Shown piece by piece: positions 15,368 through 25,311 of a DNA stretch of 64,000 bases. Both the position numbers and the translations under genes were made by a program. Every line of letters begins with the position of its first letter. Positions within the stretch are counted from its first letter, which is position 1. The notes under the pieces are model-generated. The model did not search any database, had not been told where the DNA came from, and was given only the letters and a program-made list of their open reading frames with translations. The stretch lies in the sequence record NC_031126.1; one strand, 5' to 3'.

Positions 15368-15859
15368 ATGGCCAGGGATAAAGATATAAAGACGATGCTT
15401 GCATACACCAAACGTGTGGATGCGGATGAACGCAGCATCCGTGGTTTCCGTATGCCGCAGGCTAATCGTGTACACCAACCCGGCGGGAAGGGCACTACGG
15501 TTGTTGTTGAGCTGAATCCGAACTCTGGCTTGGCCAAACGTTTAATGGAAGAAGCGAAGTACCGTTATCTGGCGGTGTTGGATTATACCGATCTCGAGGA
15601 TGTTGATTACGAGAAAGGTTTCCCCACGCGGGAAGAAGCGTTAGCGGAATACTTGCGTACTCTACCGGACATTAAACACCGGGTCGTTCTGACAGAAGAT
15701 TGTCGTGGCCCAGCCCTGAATGCACCTAACCGTTTAGTGGAAGTGGACTTCCTGGTCATCACCCCAGAGGGGAAATACCAGAACATCCGCTTTACGGACG
15801 AGAATATCGGCCATGTCTGTACTGCGTTGAACATCGCGTATTATCAGACAAAAAAATAA
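15368..15859 (+). CDS. hypothetical protein (163 aa)
   Basis: GGAGG SD, ends at a terminator. Confidence 0.8.
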   Translation: MARDKDIKTMLAYTKRVDADERSIRGFRMPQANRVHQPGGKGTTVVVELNPNSGLAKRLMEEAKYRYLAVLDYTDLEDVDYEKGFPTREEALAEYLRTLPDIKHRVVLTEDCRGPALNAPNRLVEVDFLVITPEGKYQNIRFTDENIGHVCTALNIAYYQTKK

Positions 15860-15860
15860 A

Positions 15861-15896
15861 GGGAAGCTGCATCCCGAAGGATGCAGTTATTTTCCC
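15861..15896. terminator. bidirectional terminator
   Basis: GCTGCATCC-CGAA-GGATGCAGT, A-run upstream and T-run downstream, between convergent genes. Confidence 0.75.
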
Positions 15897-15935
15897 TATT
15901 ATATGTACACTGGAAACAGTGTGCGGACGAGGGGA

Positions 15936-17006
15936 CTATTTTCCCGATTCTGCAAGCTGGTCTCCGAGTGGTCTGAACAACGTATGCCGATAGTGATTGT
16001 AAATCGCCTTCGGTAACCTGTTCAGAACCTTGAGGTCCATAAATCGATCCAGGTCGTACGACAGCTCTTTCTTGAATTTACTCATGATACCCGCATCGTA
16101 GCTGAGGCAGTAATGCATCCAGCTCCAGTTAACCAGACTCAAATGCCATGACCCTTGCGTTGTACTGCCAGAGTCACGGAATAAGATACGGTCGATTGCG
16201 GTACGGGTTTCACCGGGGCGATTAAAGAACTGAGGTACGTGTGCCAGCACTACGCCCGGTAACGGGTTAGCGGCCAACAATACTTTGCGAATGTTTGTCG
16301 CATTTCGTATTGCTAAGTCGCGCAGTGGCGGTACCGGAACTGTCCTGACCGGTTGTTCGGGTTCCACGTCTCTTCCCGCTGCGATTGCGCGGTGGATGTT
16401 GAGGAACGCGATGTCCATATACGACGGTAACATCCTGCTGATAACGTGTCGCCAGGCATATACCGGTGTAGTAATGGGCTCCTTAATGTTGCGGTAGTAA
16501 ATCTCTGCTTTGGCGTATTGCCACAACAGTTCGACGAGATTAATCTCGATGATACTCACCCCACGCGGCTTACCATTACCGAGCTGCCAATTTAAATTGG
16601 TGTACTCGTGATATAAGTAGCGAACCGGTGTGTATTCGCGGAAGGACAACTCGGGGTCAATCGGTCTGGCCACAAGAGAGATAATCTCATCCTGGCCTTC
16701 GATAAACGCACCGTTGAACACTTGGCCAAACTCCCCGACGGAAGTGAGACGCATAGCGTTTCCAATCCCCACCAAGCGACGACGGCAAGCCCACTCGATA
16801 TCATCGTAGTCGGGTTCGCCAGCATAGCCCACCTGGGACAGTACCTGAAGGACGAGATGACCGGATGCTACGCGGGTCTGTACCGAGTCGAAGTGGTTGC
16901 GAATACGTTGGTGGTTATTTTTTACAAGACTACCTAATTGTATAGCGGAAGGGTCTGCTGTATGACCTTTAATCTCCACTTGCTTTAATTCGGCTTGACT
17001 GAACAT
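15936..17006 (-). CDS. conserved phiKZ-like protein divergent from chimallin (gp52-like)
   Basis: AGGAG SD before ATG 17006 (ORF track 17072); position opposite chimallin matches recalled phiKZ-like synteny. Confidence 0.8.
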   Translation of the reverse strand: MFSQAELKQVEIKGHTADPSAIQLGSLVKNNHQRIRNHFDSVQTRVASGHLVLQVLSQVGYAGEPDYDDIEWACRRRLVGIGNAMRLTSVGEFGQVFNGAFIEGQDEIISLVARPIDPELSFREYTPVRYLYHEYTNLNWQLGNGKPRGVSIIEINLVELLWQYAKAEIYYRNIKEPITTPVYAWRHVISRMLPSYMDIAFLNIHRAIAAGRDVEPEQPVRTVPVPPLRDLAIRNATNIRKVLLAANPLPGVVLAHVPQFFNRPGETRTAIDRILFRDSGSTTQGSWHLSLVNWSWMHYCLSYDAGIMSKFKKELSYDLDRFMDLKVLNRLPKAIYNHYRHTLFRPLGDQLAESGK

Positions 17007-17061
17007 GACGGTCTCCTGTGTTACCACATAGGAACGGTCACTTTCAAAAAAATTACAGATG

Positions 17062-17077
17062 TATATTATCAATGTGA
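17062..17077 (+). promoter_or_regulatory. putative early promoter 1 of chimallin
   Basis: TATATTATCAATGTGA. Confidence 0.65.
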
Positions 17078-17151
17078 CAGTTCCGGCATATCTTACTGTC
17101 CGTGGTATTCAATAGGCGACGGCTTACTTGCATTCCATTATATCTCAGCCA

Positions 17152-17167
17152 GATATTATCGCTGTGA
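17152..17167 (+). promoter_or_regulatory. putative early promoter 2 of chimallin
   Basis: GATATTATCGCTGTGA, 41 nt before ATG 17208. Confidence 0.65.
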
Positions 17168-17207
17168 ACTCTATACTGTAAATTACTTATCAAGGAATAT
17201 AAATACC

Positions 17208-19013
17208 ATGGTTAAAATCGTAGAAGAAAACACTGGCGCAGCATCAGCAGCTTCCACCACCGCTACCTCTGGTATCGGCGACCTGGGCACCGCCAAAACT
17301 AAGCCGACTGCAACTACCACTGATTACAGCGGTATGTTCGACCGTGCGTTCGACTGGTCTTCTTCCAGCAGCATGGCTGGTGATTTCGTTAAGGCACTTA
17401 ACGAAGCCGCAGAGAAGAACGACAAACTGTCCCTCTTTAAATACGGTGTTGTCGATGGTATCGCACCGGAAATGGGTTCTGCCGCATTCGTTGCAGGCGA
17501 CTATAACGGCTCATGGCTGTACGGTCTGCTGTTCTTCGAGAAAGGCCAATCCATGCGTTTCCAGGAACTGCCTAACCATCAGGAAACCTACTACACTCTG
17601 GTAGACCTGATCAACCGTCCAGTTCTGGATAAAGTAGAAGCGGCTATCAATGCTACTGGCGTTGACAACGTTCACTACATGCTGACCAACACCGTGCCGG
17701 ATATCTCCGACCACCGCATGAGCGCTGAATGGGCACAGTCCCTGATGGGCCAAATGCTGCTGGGTATCTTCGGCCGTGTACCAGGCTGGCTGGGTAACAT
17801 GACTCTGAGCAAATCTGACCGCTTCCTGGTCAACGTTGCGACCCCAGAGTCTGGCATTGCAATGGACGACAACGGTCACCCGAACCGTGCCGACTTCGCA
17901 GTGTACGTAGAGCACACTCCGTCTAACCAGAATCAGGATGATCCGACTCTGCTGGACAGCTCTGCGGCTACCGAATTCCCACCGGTACGTGCAGCGGGTT
18001 ACATCAACCTTCGCTTCACTGGTCTGAAACCAATCGGCCCGAACGGCGTACAAGACCTGAAACAGGTGCAGGGTGAAGTTGTAATCTCCCTCATCGATTC
18101 TCAGGCTCGTGGCTCTCGTGCACCGTACGAACGTCAGCTGGTAACTCTGGCAGGCTTCGCGGAAATCGCACAGAACGGCGGCTGGCGTGATATGTTCATC
18201 AATACGCTGAACACAACTGATCGCAAGTTCTCCTCTCTGGCGTCTTACCTGAGCTGGGGTTCTGACGGTGTGCCGGATCTGTCCAAACTGGATAAGAATC
18301 GTGAACACATCGACCAGGCTCTGAAACTGTTCGCACCGTCTTCTGCGGCGCTGGTAGTCAACCATCGTGCTGGTAACGGCGTAGGTGGTCTGTCTAACCT
18401 GCTGGCTGAAATCGGCGTGGGTAACCTGAACTCTCTGGGCCAGCTGATGAACATCTGTGATGCGATGTTCTCTAAAGGTTCTGCTGAGCCGTTCCGTAAG
18501 TACCTGGCCAATGCGCTGAACGTTACCGAACTGAAACCGAACCACATCGTGGCAGCGGCTGTTCCGGGTATCGCTGGTATCTACAGCGGTGCTGGTACTA
18601 AGCGTTCTGTACAGGACGGTGACCTGATTGCTGTGACCTCATTCCTGGGTGATAAGCAAGCTGACGTCATGCGTTTCGTTCACGCGCAGTCTTACCAGAA
18701 CCGTGAGCTGGAATCCAAAGCTCAGCGCATCTACCTGGCTAAGCTGTACTCTGGTATGTACGGCAACCGTCAGCTGCGTCTGACTGGCGAAACGCTGGAC
18801 ATGGCAATCAACCCAATCTTCGCACGCTGCATCCTGGATAAGGTACGTGAGAAGGCTGGCTGGCAGGTTAACGGCGTCAACGCTTACAACGAAATGGAAA
18901 CTTCCCTGTTCTACAACAACGGTGGTCAGTCTCTGATTCTGTCAGGCAATGGCGCAACTGGCGGTCTGTCCGACTTCGGTCTGGGCGTGACGCTGGGCGA
19001 TTACAACCTGTAA
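17208..19013 (+). CDS. chmA: chimallin, phage nuclear shell protein (phiKZ gp54-like)
   Basis: 601 aa from ATG 17208 (AAGGA SD); low-complexity Ala/Thr/Ser N-arm; highly-expressed-gene codon bias; immediately upstream of nvRNAP beta'N. Call rests mainly on size and synteny. Confidence 0.82.
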   Translation: MVKIVEENTGAASAASTTATSGIGDLGTAKTKPTATTTDYSGMFDRAFDWSSSSSMAGDFVKALNEAAEKNDKLSLFKYGVVDGIAPEMGSAAFVAGDYNGSWLYGLLFFEKGQSMRFQELPNHQETYYTLVDLINRPVLDKVEAAINATGVDNVHYMLTNTVPDISDHRMSAEWAQSLMGQMLLGIFGRVPGWLGNMTLSKSDRFLVNVATPESGIAMDDNGHPNRADFAVYVEHTPSNQNQDDPTLLDSSAATEFPPVRAAGYINLRFTGLKPIGPNGVQDLKQVQGEVVISLIDSQARGSRAPYERQLVTLAGFAEIAQNGGWRDMFINTLNTTDRKFSSLASYLSWGSDGVPDLSKLDKNREHIDQALKLFAPSSAALVVNHRAGNGVGGLSNLLAEIGVGNLNSLGQLMNICDAMFSKGSAEPFRKYLANALNVTELKPNHIVAAAVPGIAGIYSGAGTKRSVQDGDLIAVTSFLGDKQADVMRFVHAQSYQNRELESKAQRIYLAKLYSGMYGNRQLRLTGETLDMAINPIFARCILDKVREKAGWQVNGVNAYNEMETSLFYNNGGQSLILSGNGATGGLSDFGLGVTLGDYNL

Positions 19014-19029
19014 TCGCGTAGTCAAGGAT

Positions 19030-19068
19030 GGGGTGGGAGCAATAGCTCTCACCCTCCCCTCTTTTTTT
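19030..19068 (+). terminator. intrinsic terminator
   Basis: GGGTGGGAGC-AATA-GCTCTCACCC then T7. Confidence 0.75.
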
Positions 19069-19081
19069 GCTTGAGGTTGAA

Positions 19082-20674
19082 ATGCAGAAAGCACCAAGAT
19101 TTTATGGTATTTCCGGGAGACTGGAAAGTCAGGACAAGTATCTCCTTGACTTGATGATTGAAGCGGACGCTAAAAGAATTAAACCGCCTACTATTATCAA
19201 CGACATTGCGATCGGCGGCGACCCAATCCGGGTAGCTGAACAAATTGACCTGTTGGTGCAGAATCGTATCGTTGGTGAACAACTTAATTCGACTCCTATT
19301 TGCGACATCCTGTGCGAGAACCCGACAGCGCATCGCTATAACCTGGGTAAGATTTGCCCATGTTGTGGTTTCCGCGTAACGGAAAACAGAATTGAGTCTG
19401 ATGTATGGATGCGTGCTCCCGACGAGATTGGGCATTTTGTAAACCCGCGTTTCTGGGCAATGTTCAATGCGTTCTTCAATACCAAGAAGATTCGCAAATT
19501 TGACCGCAATAAAGTAGGCGTTGGTAATGGTTCTGATTTGATGATGTGGTTCCTCGATCCGTATTATCGAAGCGATGAGCCGGACTCGAAACGTGCACAG
19601 GTTGTGAAACGTATAATGGAAGAACACGGAATTCGTCGTGGGATTCATTATTTCGTAGACCACCACAAAACGATCTTCGAGATCCTAACCAAACCAGAGT
19701 CGTGGCGGGAAATCTATCCTCCACAGCGTAACAATAGTACCGAGAGTGAAGTGCTTCGAGACCAGTGGAAACGGTTATTCGAATCACAAGCATCTGCCAT
19801 GTTCCCGCGTCATCTACCGGTCATCTCATCGAAGCTGATTGTGTCGGAAGAAGGACGACGTGGTGTGATGATTGACCCGGTGTACACATCCGCAATTGAT
19901 GCGGTGAAGAACATCGCGCAGCTTTACACTCGTAAGCGTGCAGTCGACCCACGGTTTATGATTAGCCGTGCATTGAAAGCGAACCGTCAACTGGCATACT
20001 TCTATATTGACTTCCGTCGTGAAAACTTAGAACAGAAGCCAGGTGGCTACCGTGCTAAGGTAAGCTCTACTCACGTTTGTAACTCTGGCCGTGCAACCAT
20101 TTCGCCGATTGCCTCTCCGCATGATGCGTGGAAGCTGAAAGCGCCGTGGCGTTGGTCTGTGGGGTTGCTATCGGTTGATATCGAAAGTAAGCTGATGGAT
20201 CGCGGATATACTTCGCGACAGTGTGAACGTATCGTGGCGAAAGCCGCAATGCAGTACGACCCGTTGGTTGATGAAATCTTCAAAGAGCTTATTAAGGAAT
20301 CTCCGGGCGGATTGGGGATACTGGTGTTACCACTACGTAACCCTACCTTAGTACAGCTGTCCATTCAGGCATTGTGGATAGACGAAATCATCACCGATGT
20401 AAACCAATGTTCTATTCGTATCTCGGACCGCGTTATCAAGATGGCGAACGCCGACTTCGATGGCGACCAGCTCATGGTATACCGTCCGACAGACCAACGC
20501 GAAATCGATCTCGCAATGGCGTATCGTCCAGACAATGGTTTCATGTCCTCTACCAACGTAAACGAGGTAGAGCGCGGCATGGTCTTGCACAGCGAATTGA
20601 TTAGTATGCAAAACCGATTCCTTATCGAGGCTGATGAGGATGAAGAAATGGGTGTGGCACTCGAAGATCTTTAA
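19082..20674 (+). CDS. non-virion RNA polymerase beta' N-terminal subunit (phiKZ gp55-like)
   Basis: N-terminal Cys cluster (CDILC...CPCC), RNPTL, and catalytic ANADFDGDQL. Confidence 0.92.
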   Translation: MQKAPRFYGISGRLESQDKYLLDLMIEADAKRIKPPTIINDIAIGGDPIRVAEQIDLLVQNRIVGEQLNSTPICDILCENPTAHRYNLGKICPCCGFRVTENRIESDVWMRAPDEIGHFVNPRFWAMFNAFFNTKKIRKFDRNKVGVGNGSDLMMWFLDPYYRSDEPDSKRAQVVKRIMEEHGIRRGIHYFVDHHKTIFEILTKPESWREIYPPQRNNSTESEVLRDQWKRLFESQASAMFPRHLPVISSKLIVSEEGRRGVMIDPVYTSAIDAVKNIAQLYTRKRAVDPRFMISRALKANRQLAYFYIDFRRENLEQKPGGYRAKVSSTHVCNSGRATISPIASPHDAWKLKAPWRWSVGLLSVDIESKLMDRGYTSRQCERIVAKAAMQYDPLVDEIFKELIKESPGGLGILVLPLRNPTLVQLSIQALWIDEIITDVNQCSIRISDRVIKMANADFDGDQLMVYRPTDQREIDLAMAYRPDNGFMSSTNVNEVERGMVLHSELISMQNRFLIEADEDEEMGVALEDL

Positions 20675-20689
20675 CTGTAGGAGTGATGT

Positions 20690-21277
20690 ATGGGAATGTG
20701 GAATAATCTGACCACTGCGTTTACGAAGCAACAGGCGGGTGGCGGGACGTTCGACTTCTTCCAGCAATCGTTCGATATATCACGAGTAGCACCGGATATG
20801 CTTGACCGCGTTATGGAGCACAAAAAGGAACTGATGTCCCTGGATGTGTTCCGTAGAACTAGCGCGGCGATGCGTAAGCTCCAGAATACGGATGGTACCG
20901 AAGTAATCAGACAGTTGACTGACATTGGTGAATTCCAACATGCCAACTCTCTGCTTCAACCATTCCTGGTGGCAATGCCTGAGTATCGCAAGTTGTATAA
21001 TGCGCATCTGGCAACCGGTTATGAAACAGGCTTCTCTCAAGATGACGTGTTCCGTGGCAATGCTTACATGCATACCGACGATAACTATCGTGAGATGACG
21101 TCTGATATCTCAACTGAGTACGATGAAGATAAGATTTGGCACTGGGTGTCCAATGAAGATCGCCAACATCGTCTCACAACTATCGAACGTGTTGATCTGG
21201 GTATTAACCGAGCACGTATGCGCGAGTTTGACTGGGAAGACGGTGACCCGTGTTCCGAGATGAATGCATCGTGTTAA
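20690..21277 (+). CDS. conserved hypothetical protein (195 aa)
   Basis: AGGAG SD, core-block position. Confidence 0.8.
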   Translation: MGMWNNLTTAFTKQQAGGGTFDFFQQSFDISRVAPDMLDRVMEHKKELMSLDVFRRTSAAMRKLQNTDGTEVIRQLTDIGEFQHANSLLQPFLVAMPEYRKLYNAHLATGYETGFSQDDVFRGNAYMHTDDNYREMTSDISTEYDEDKIWHWVSNEDRQHRLTTIERVDLGINRARMREFDWEDGDPCSEMNASC

Positions 21278-21288
21278 TGTAATGTAGT

Positions 21289-21332
21289 GAGGGAGGGGAT
21301 TAGGCATCCCCTCTCTTTCTATTTTTTTCTTT
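21289..21332 (+). terminator. intrinsic terminator
   Basis: GAGGGGAT-TAGGC-ATCCCCTC plus T-rich tail. Confidence 0.7.
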
Positions 21333-21451
21333 AAACTGTTTGCGGAAATTATACGTAATAGGTAATTGATTTGAGTAGCCGAGCGTCCATGTTTTATCAC
21401 GCTCTGTAAGCTGACAGATCTTATGTTGGGTTTACTTCACAGGAGCGTATC

Positions 21452-21829
21452 ATGGTTATCGCAGTAGGCACCCTTTCAACCCGAGGTTGGGCTAAGACCA
21501 CCAAGGAAAAAGTTACGGAACTGATGAATCATTATACAGAGGCAGGCTATAGCCAGTCGGTGATTTATCGGAATAACATTAAATCGTACGCTTGGGCATG
21601 TGCGCAATATGCACAGCAGCCCGATTACTTAGCGCAGCAGGTAGAGACTGATTTGAAACGTCTGTACGGGAATGTATTTCCAGAGGGCGTGAGTTGCGAT
21701 GTGACCTATCGGTTCATTGACAGCAACCAAATCAAATATAGCATCGATATCAGTTTGCGTGTCATGGTTAACGGCGAGTGGTACGATTCGACCAGAGCGC
21801 TAGAAGTAGATAAAACGGGAGCAATCTAA
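21452..21829 (+). CDS. small conserved protein, possibly gp25/W-like baseplate component
   Basis: AGGAG SD; helix then beta-strand pattern (LKRLYGNVFPEGVSCDVTY...YSIDISLRV) recalls sheath initiators. Function is a weak inference. Confidence 0.6.
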   Translation: MVIAVGTLSTRGWAKTTKEKVTELMNHYTEAGYSQSVIYRNNIKSYAWACAQYAQQPDYLAQQVETDLKRLYGNVFPEGVSCDVTYRFIDSNQIKYSIDISLRVMVNGEWYDSTRALEVDKTGAI

Positions 21830-22500
21830 TGTCCGAAGAAAAGATGGAAAATGGGGAAATGTATCAGCGTGATCTGATGGACCCGCAACACATCTACGCA
21901 CTTGACCGTGCGCTGGGTGTCGAGCAGGACATTAAAGACCACCTCGATCCCTATGCTCGTTTCCAGGAATCAACTTTCCGTCGTCAGGGGCTGCCTATTC
22001 TGAGTGGGTTGATTGATGGGACGTTTGACCAGAACAACTGGACAAACTTCGTAGGTTCGGCCTTCGTGCCTTGTCAGATTGTTTCTGACGATGTAACCAA
22101 AGTGCTGTTTACGATCCCGGCCTTGAATTACACCGGTGAAACATTACTGCACGTTGAAGGCCAACCGTCTCTGACTGATGAGTCAATGGATATCGAGCAG
22201 TATTCCATCCAGATGCCAACCGCAGGTGAGAAGGCCAAGCATGATCTAATTGTGGGTACCTTAGACGGTATTGACAAAGTCATGTACGAAACCAACCGCC
22301 AACGTGGTTTCCGTGTCATCACTTTACTGAACTGGATTTTCGAACGCTATGGCTTAACTGGACGTATCGCATATCCGGCCGGTATGGAAGACCTGCAAGG
22401 AAAGACTGCGGCCGCAGCTGAATCCGGTGTTGCTCCTGCCACAGTGAATAAAGTGGAAGAGGTTAGTGATGGCGGAATTGACGACTGCGAAGACCTTTAA
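21829..22500 (+). CDS. conserved hypothetical protein (223 aa)
   Basis: TAATG-coupled ORF. Confidence 0.8.
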   Translation: MSEEKMENGEMYQRDLMDPQHIYALDRALGVEQDIKDHLDPYARFQESTFRRQGLPILSGLIDGTFDQNNWTNFVGSAFVPCQIVSDDVTKVLFTIPALNYTGETLLHVEGQPSLTDESMDIEQYSIQMPTAGEKAKHDLIVGTLDGIDKVMYETNRQRGFRVITLLNWIFERYGLTGRIAYPAGMEDLQGKTAAAAESGVAPATVNKVEEVSDGGIDDCEDL

Positions 22501-23656
22501 TCGGTCGGAAATAGCGAAGCACATCGAGAAGATCTATCACATTCCCGCGAAGCCCCTGGATGTGCGGCGCATTCTGGTGTTGTCCGATGTCCACCTTCTA
22601 CATCGTCGTGTGCCGACCTGGCACATCATCGAAGTATTGAAGGAAAAGATACTTTCGGGCGGTGTAACGCTAGATGCAATTTATATAGCGGGGGACTTAT
22701 TTGATGACTCCCGTTATCTCCGCCAAGACGAATCGCAGGAAGCTGTCGGCTTCCTGACTTGGTTACTCGAATGGTGTCGTTCCACGAAAACCGCGCTACG
22801 CATTATCGAAGGTACACCATCACATGACCACGGTCAGAGTAAGGTTGTTGAAGCCCTGAACATTACTGTTGGGGTTGACTGCCTGTATCTGGCAGGGATT
22901 GGGGTGTTCTACGATGAAGCGATACAGGCAACGGTTGGTTGGGTACAGGACGAGTACAAGGATCGTGTAGCAGAGAACACCGAAGCAGAGATGGCCGAAC
23001 TGATGGCCACTCGTGGATTGGAGAAGGTCGATTTCTTCTTCATGCATGGCTGTTTCAAGTTTCAGGTACCAATCGAATCACCACACTGGTTCGATGAAGA
23101 CTTTTGGATTTCACGTTGTCGCCTCGGTATTTATATCGGTCATGACCACCGTGAGAAAGTCTTTGGTCTCATCCGCGTTATGGGAAGCGTGGATAGATTG
23201 GCACACGGGGAAAACGAAGACAAGGGCATGACGCTCGTCGACTTCACTCCAACCGTGGCGAGGAACTATTTCCTCGTTAACCAAGCTGCGTGCCCGATGC
23301 GTGCAGTGGCAGCAAACGAAGACTACACCGCACAACTGGCGGAGTGTCTGGATGCCTTAGCCTACATTGACTCACATCCATCGCGTGCCATAGGCCGCTT
23401 TAAAGTGGAGTATCATAATGGCTCTCCTATTGCTGACCATGTTAGCAAATGGAAACGTGAATACGGATTCCACATCGAGGGAAAACGTGTTAACACGAAG
23501 GATGAGGAAGAACGCCTCATCGCAGTGTTCTCTACCGAAGCATCGGTAGATGAAAAGATTACGCCCGAAAACGTCGAGCGTATCTTGTTAGAAGGGATGA
23601 ACGGGATGAAATACGATCCCCCCATCGTTTCAGATATCGTTAGGAGTATCCAATGA
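22469..23656 (+). CDS. SbcD/Mre11-like metallophosphoesterase nuclease
   Basis: Motifs LSDVH, AGDLFD, GTPSHD, FMHG and IGHDH. Confidence 0.88.
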   Translation: MAELTTAKTFNRSEIAKHIEKIYHIPAKPLDVRRILVLSDVHLLHRRVPTWHIIEVLKEKILSGGVTLDAIYIAGDLFDDSRYLRQDESQEAVGFLTWLLEWCRSTKTALRIIEGTPSHDHGQSKVVEALNITVGVDCLYLAGIGVFYDEAIQATVGWVQDEYKDRVAENTEAEMAELMATRGLEKVDFFFMHGCFKFQVPIESPHWFDEDFWISRCRLGIYIGHDHREKVFGLIRVMGSVDRLAHGENEDKGMTLVDFTPTVARNYFLVNQAACPMRAVAANEDYTAQLAECLDALAYIDSHPSRAIGRFKVEYHNGSPIADHVSKWKREYGFHIEGKRVNTKDEEERLIAVFSTEASVDEKITPENVERILLEGMNGMKYDPPIVSDIVRSIQ

Positions 23657-24474
23657 GTCCCATAAGCGTTGATCGCAAATTTGGGGGCTATCCGATATCA
23701 ATCGCCGGTTCTCTGGCGATGGAAGGTTTATTGCACACAGGCGAGTTTGCCGATAGAGATGGTGAGTTGGCCATCAATGATTATCAGGCTTTGTTCCTGA
23801 ATCTACGTACGCTTTTCCGCAATGCATTTTACGCATTCGAAGAAAACCGAGAACGGCTCACGCCAGACGTAATTAAGACATGCATCGAAGAAGATATAGA
23901 AAATATATACGCCACCGCAAGAGCGGTGGCTCCTTCGATGGTATGTGCCTTTTACCTCTGTGAGTACAAAAAGGTGAACCGCGAGTTCCCCAAAGGTACC
24001 TTCCGTAATGCGAACACACCCAACCAGGTTTTCTATAATTCTCTGGAACAGGATGTGTACAAAATGTTCTTGCTGGAACAGCCACGTCGCGATGACTTCC
24101 AGGTATTTGATGTCTATCCCGAAGGTGATAAAAACACCCTGTTGTTAACTCACTACCCGTGTGATTTGCTGGCAGTGAAAGATTTTCCAACCCTGGCACT
24201 TTTGGAGTCCCATACCGGCGAGGTGAAAACCCAGCTGCAATGGAATACCAAGATGTATAACAAACCTAACGTCCCATTCAACAAAGGCTTCTTAACGCTC
24301 TTTGGTGACAATGTGATGTTCCACCCGCAGGACAGGAAGGTACGTAATGTGGTATTGAAAACCGCTGAGAAATACAGCTGGAATGCCAGTACCACAATGG
24401 ATCGCGTCAACAACTGTTTACGGTTAGTGAACGAACCACACGTCATTGCTTACCTGCGTGAATTGAATAGCTAA
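23653..24474 (+). CDS. conserved phiKZ-like protein (gp66-like position)
   Basis: 273-aa ORF coupled to the nuclease gene. Confidence 0.8.
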   Translation: MSPISVDRKFGGYPISIAGSLAMEGLLHTGEFADRDGELAINDYQALFLNLRTLFRNAFYAFEENRERLTPDVIKTCIEEDIENIYATARAVAPSMVCAFYLCEYKKVNREFPKGTFRNANTPNQVFYNSLEQDVYKMFLLEQPRRDDFQVFDVYPEGDKNTLLLTHYPCDLLAVKDFPTLALLESHTGEVKTQLQWNTKMYNKPNVPFNKGFLTLFGDNVMFHPQDRKVRNVVLKTAEKYSWNASTTMDRVNNCLRLVNEPHVIAYLRELNS

Positions 24475-24537
24475 TTTTTTACATCACCGGGGTATCATGT
24501 GTAGATACCCCCTTAACTAAGATCAAAGGATTTCCCA

Positions 24538-25191
24538 ATGGGCATGATTAACACAGAACTCTTTAACAACAAATGGTGCTTCCCGCAGTCGGAGCCCGAT
24601 AACCAGGGAAAGACCCGTAAAATTGGTATCGAGCCTAACTTCTTCAAGGACAGCACCGATTGTGAAGGTCTGAAATTCAGCTATTCGTTCGCCAAGGGCG
24701 AAGGTCTGTATTACAACGCTAACCCAGAAATTACTCAGGCGTTCCTGGATGCACTGCGTGATGTTCTGCGCAAGAGCGAAAAAGATATCATCAGTATCGG
24801 TAACACTGCCGGTAACCGCGGTCAGGTTACTCTGTCGGTTGGTCGTGGCGACGATCTGGTTCCGTTTGTTGCCATCTCTGGCGAAATCAACGGGCAGCGC
24901 CGTAGCAAGAAATTCTTCTTCCCTATTCCAAAGGGTTACGTCATTACTCGCAACGGCGCACCGTTAAGCGATCTGGAAGCTGCCGAACGTATGGCGCGTG
25001 TCTTTACTGAACGCTTCCACAAATTCCAGGAATGGCTGGACGCTTCGTACAAAGCGAAGGTGTGGAACCCAACTGGTGGTGGTAATCCAGGCCGTGGCGG
25101 CTACAATAACGGTGGCGGCAACAACGGTGGTAATGGTGGCGGTGGTAGTTCTGCACCGGCATCAGACGCGAACTTCGACGAATTCCTTTAA
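24538..25191 (+). CDS. chmC: ChmC-like nucleic-acid-binding protein
   Basis: 217 aa, beta-rich N-domain with a Gly/Asn low-complexity tail (GGGNPGRGGYNNGGGNNGGNGGGG) and acidic-aromatic end (NFDEFL); directly upstream of gp68-like and PicA-like genes. Confidence 0.7.
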   Translation: MGMINTELFNNKWCFPQSEPDNQGKTRKIGIEPNFFKDSTDCEGLKFSYSFAKGEGLYYNANPEITQAFLDALRDVLRKSEKDIISIGNTAGNRGQVTLSVGRGDDLVPFVAISGEINGQRRSKKFFFPIPKGYVITRNGAPLSDLEAAERMARVFTERFHKFQEWLDASYKAKVWNPTGGGNPGRGGYNNGGGNNGGNGGGGSSAPASDANFDEFL

Positions 25192-25267
25192 GATAATGAA
25201 ACCCGCTGGCGAGGCCAGCGGGTACACTACCTGCTGATCCCAGGCGCATCGTACGAAATTTGAGATA

Positions 25268-25283
25268 GATGTTATCTCCGTGA
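25268..25283 (+). promoter_or_regulatory. putative early promoter
   Basis: GATGTTATCTCCGTGA, 29 nt before ATG 25312. Confidence 0.6.
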
Positions 25284-25311
25284 ATATAACTCTGTCGGAG
25301 CACTGACTATA

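Noticed and set aside
16995-17207. 71-aa N-terminal extension of chimallin in the ORF track
   Set aside because: It spans promoter motifs and the divergent gene's start; the SD-supported ATG is 17208.
17511-18545. Long antisense ORFs (344 aa here; also 38364-39284, 55004-55843, 56361-57110, 59962-60987)
   Set aside because: They mirror strongly codon-biased sense genes, which depletes stops on the reverse strand; no SD or recognisable motifs.
24489-24505. TATCATGTGT here and TATAATGTGT at 36815 as sigma70 promoters
   Set aside because: A -10-like hexamer is present but there is no correctly spaced -35. They may be a middle-promoter class, but two examples are too few to call.
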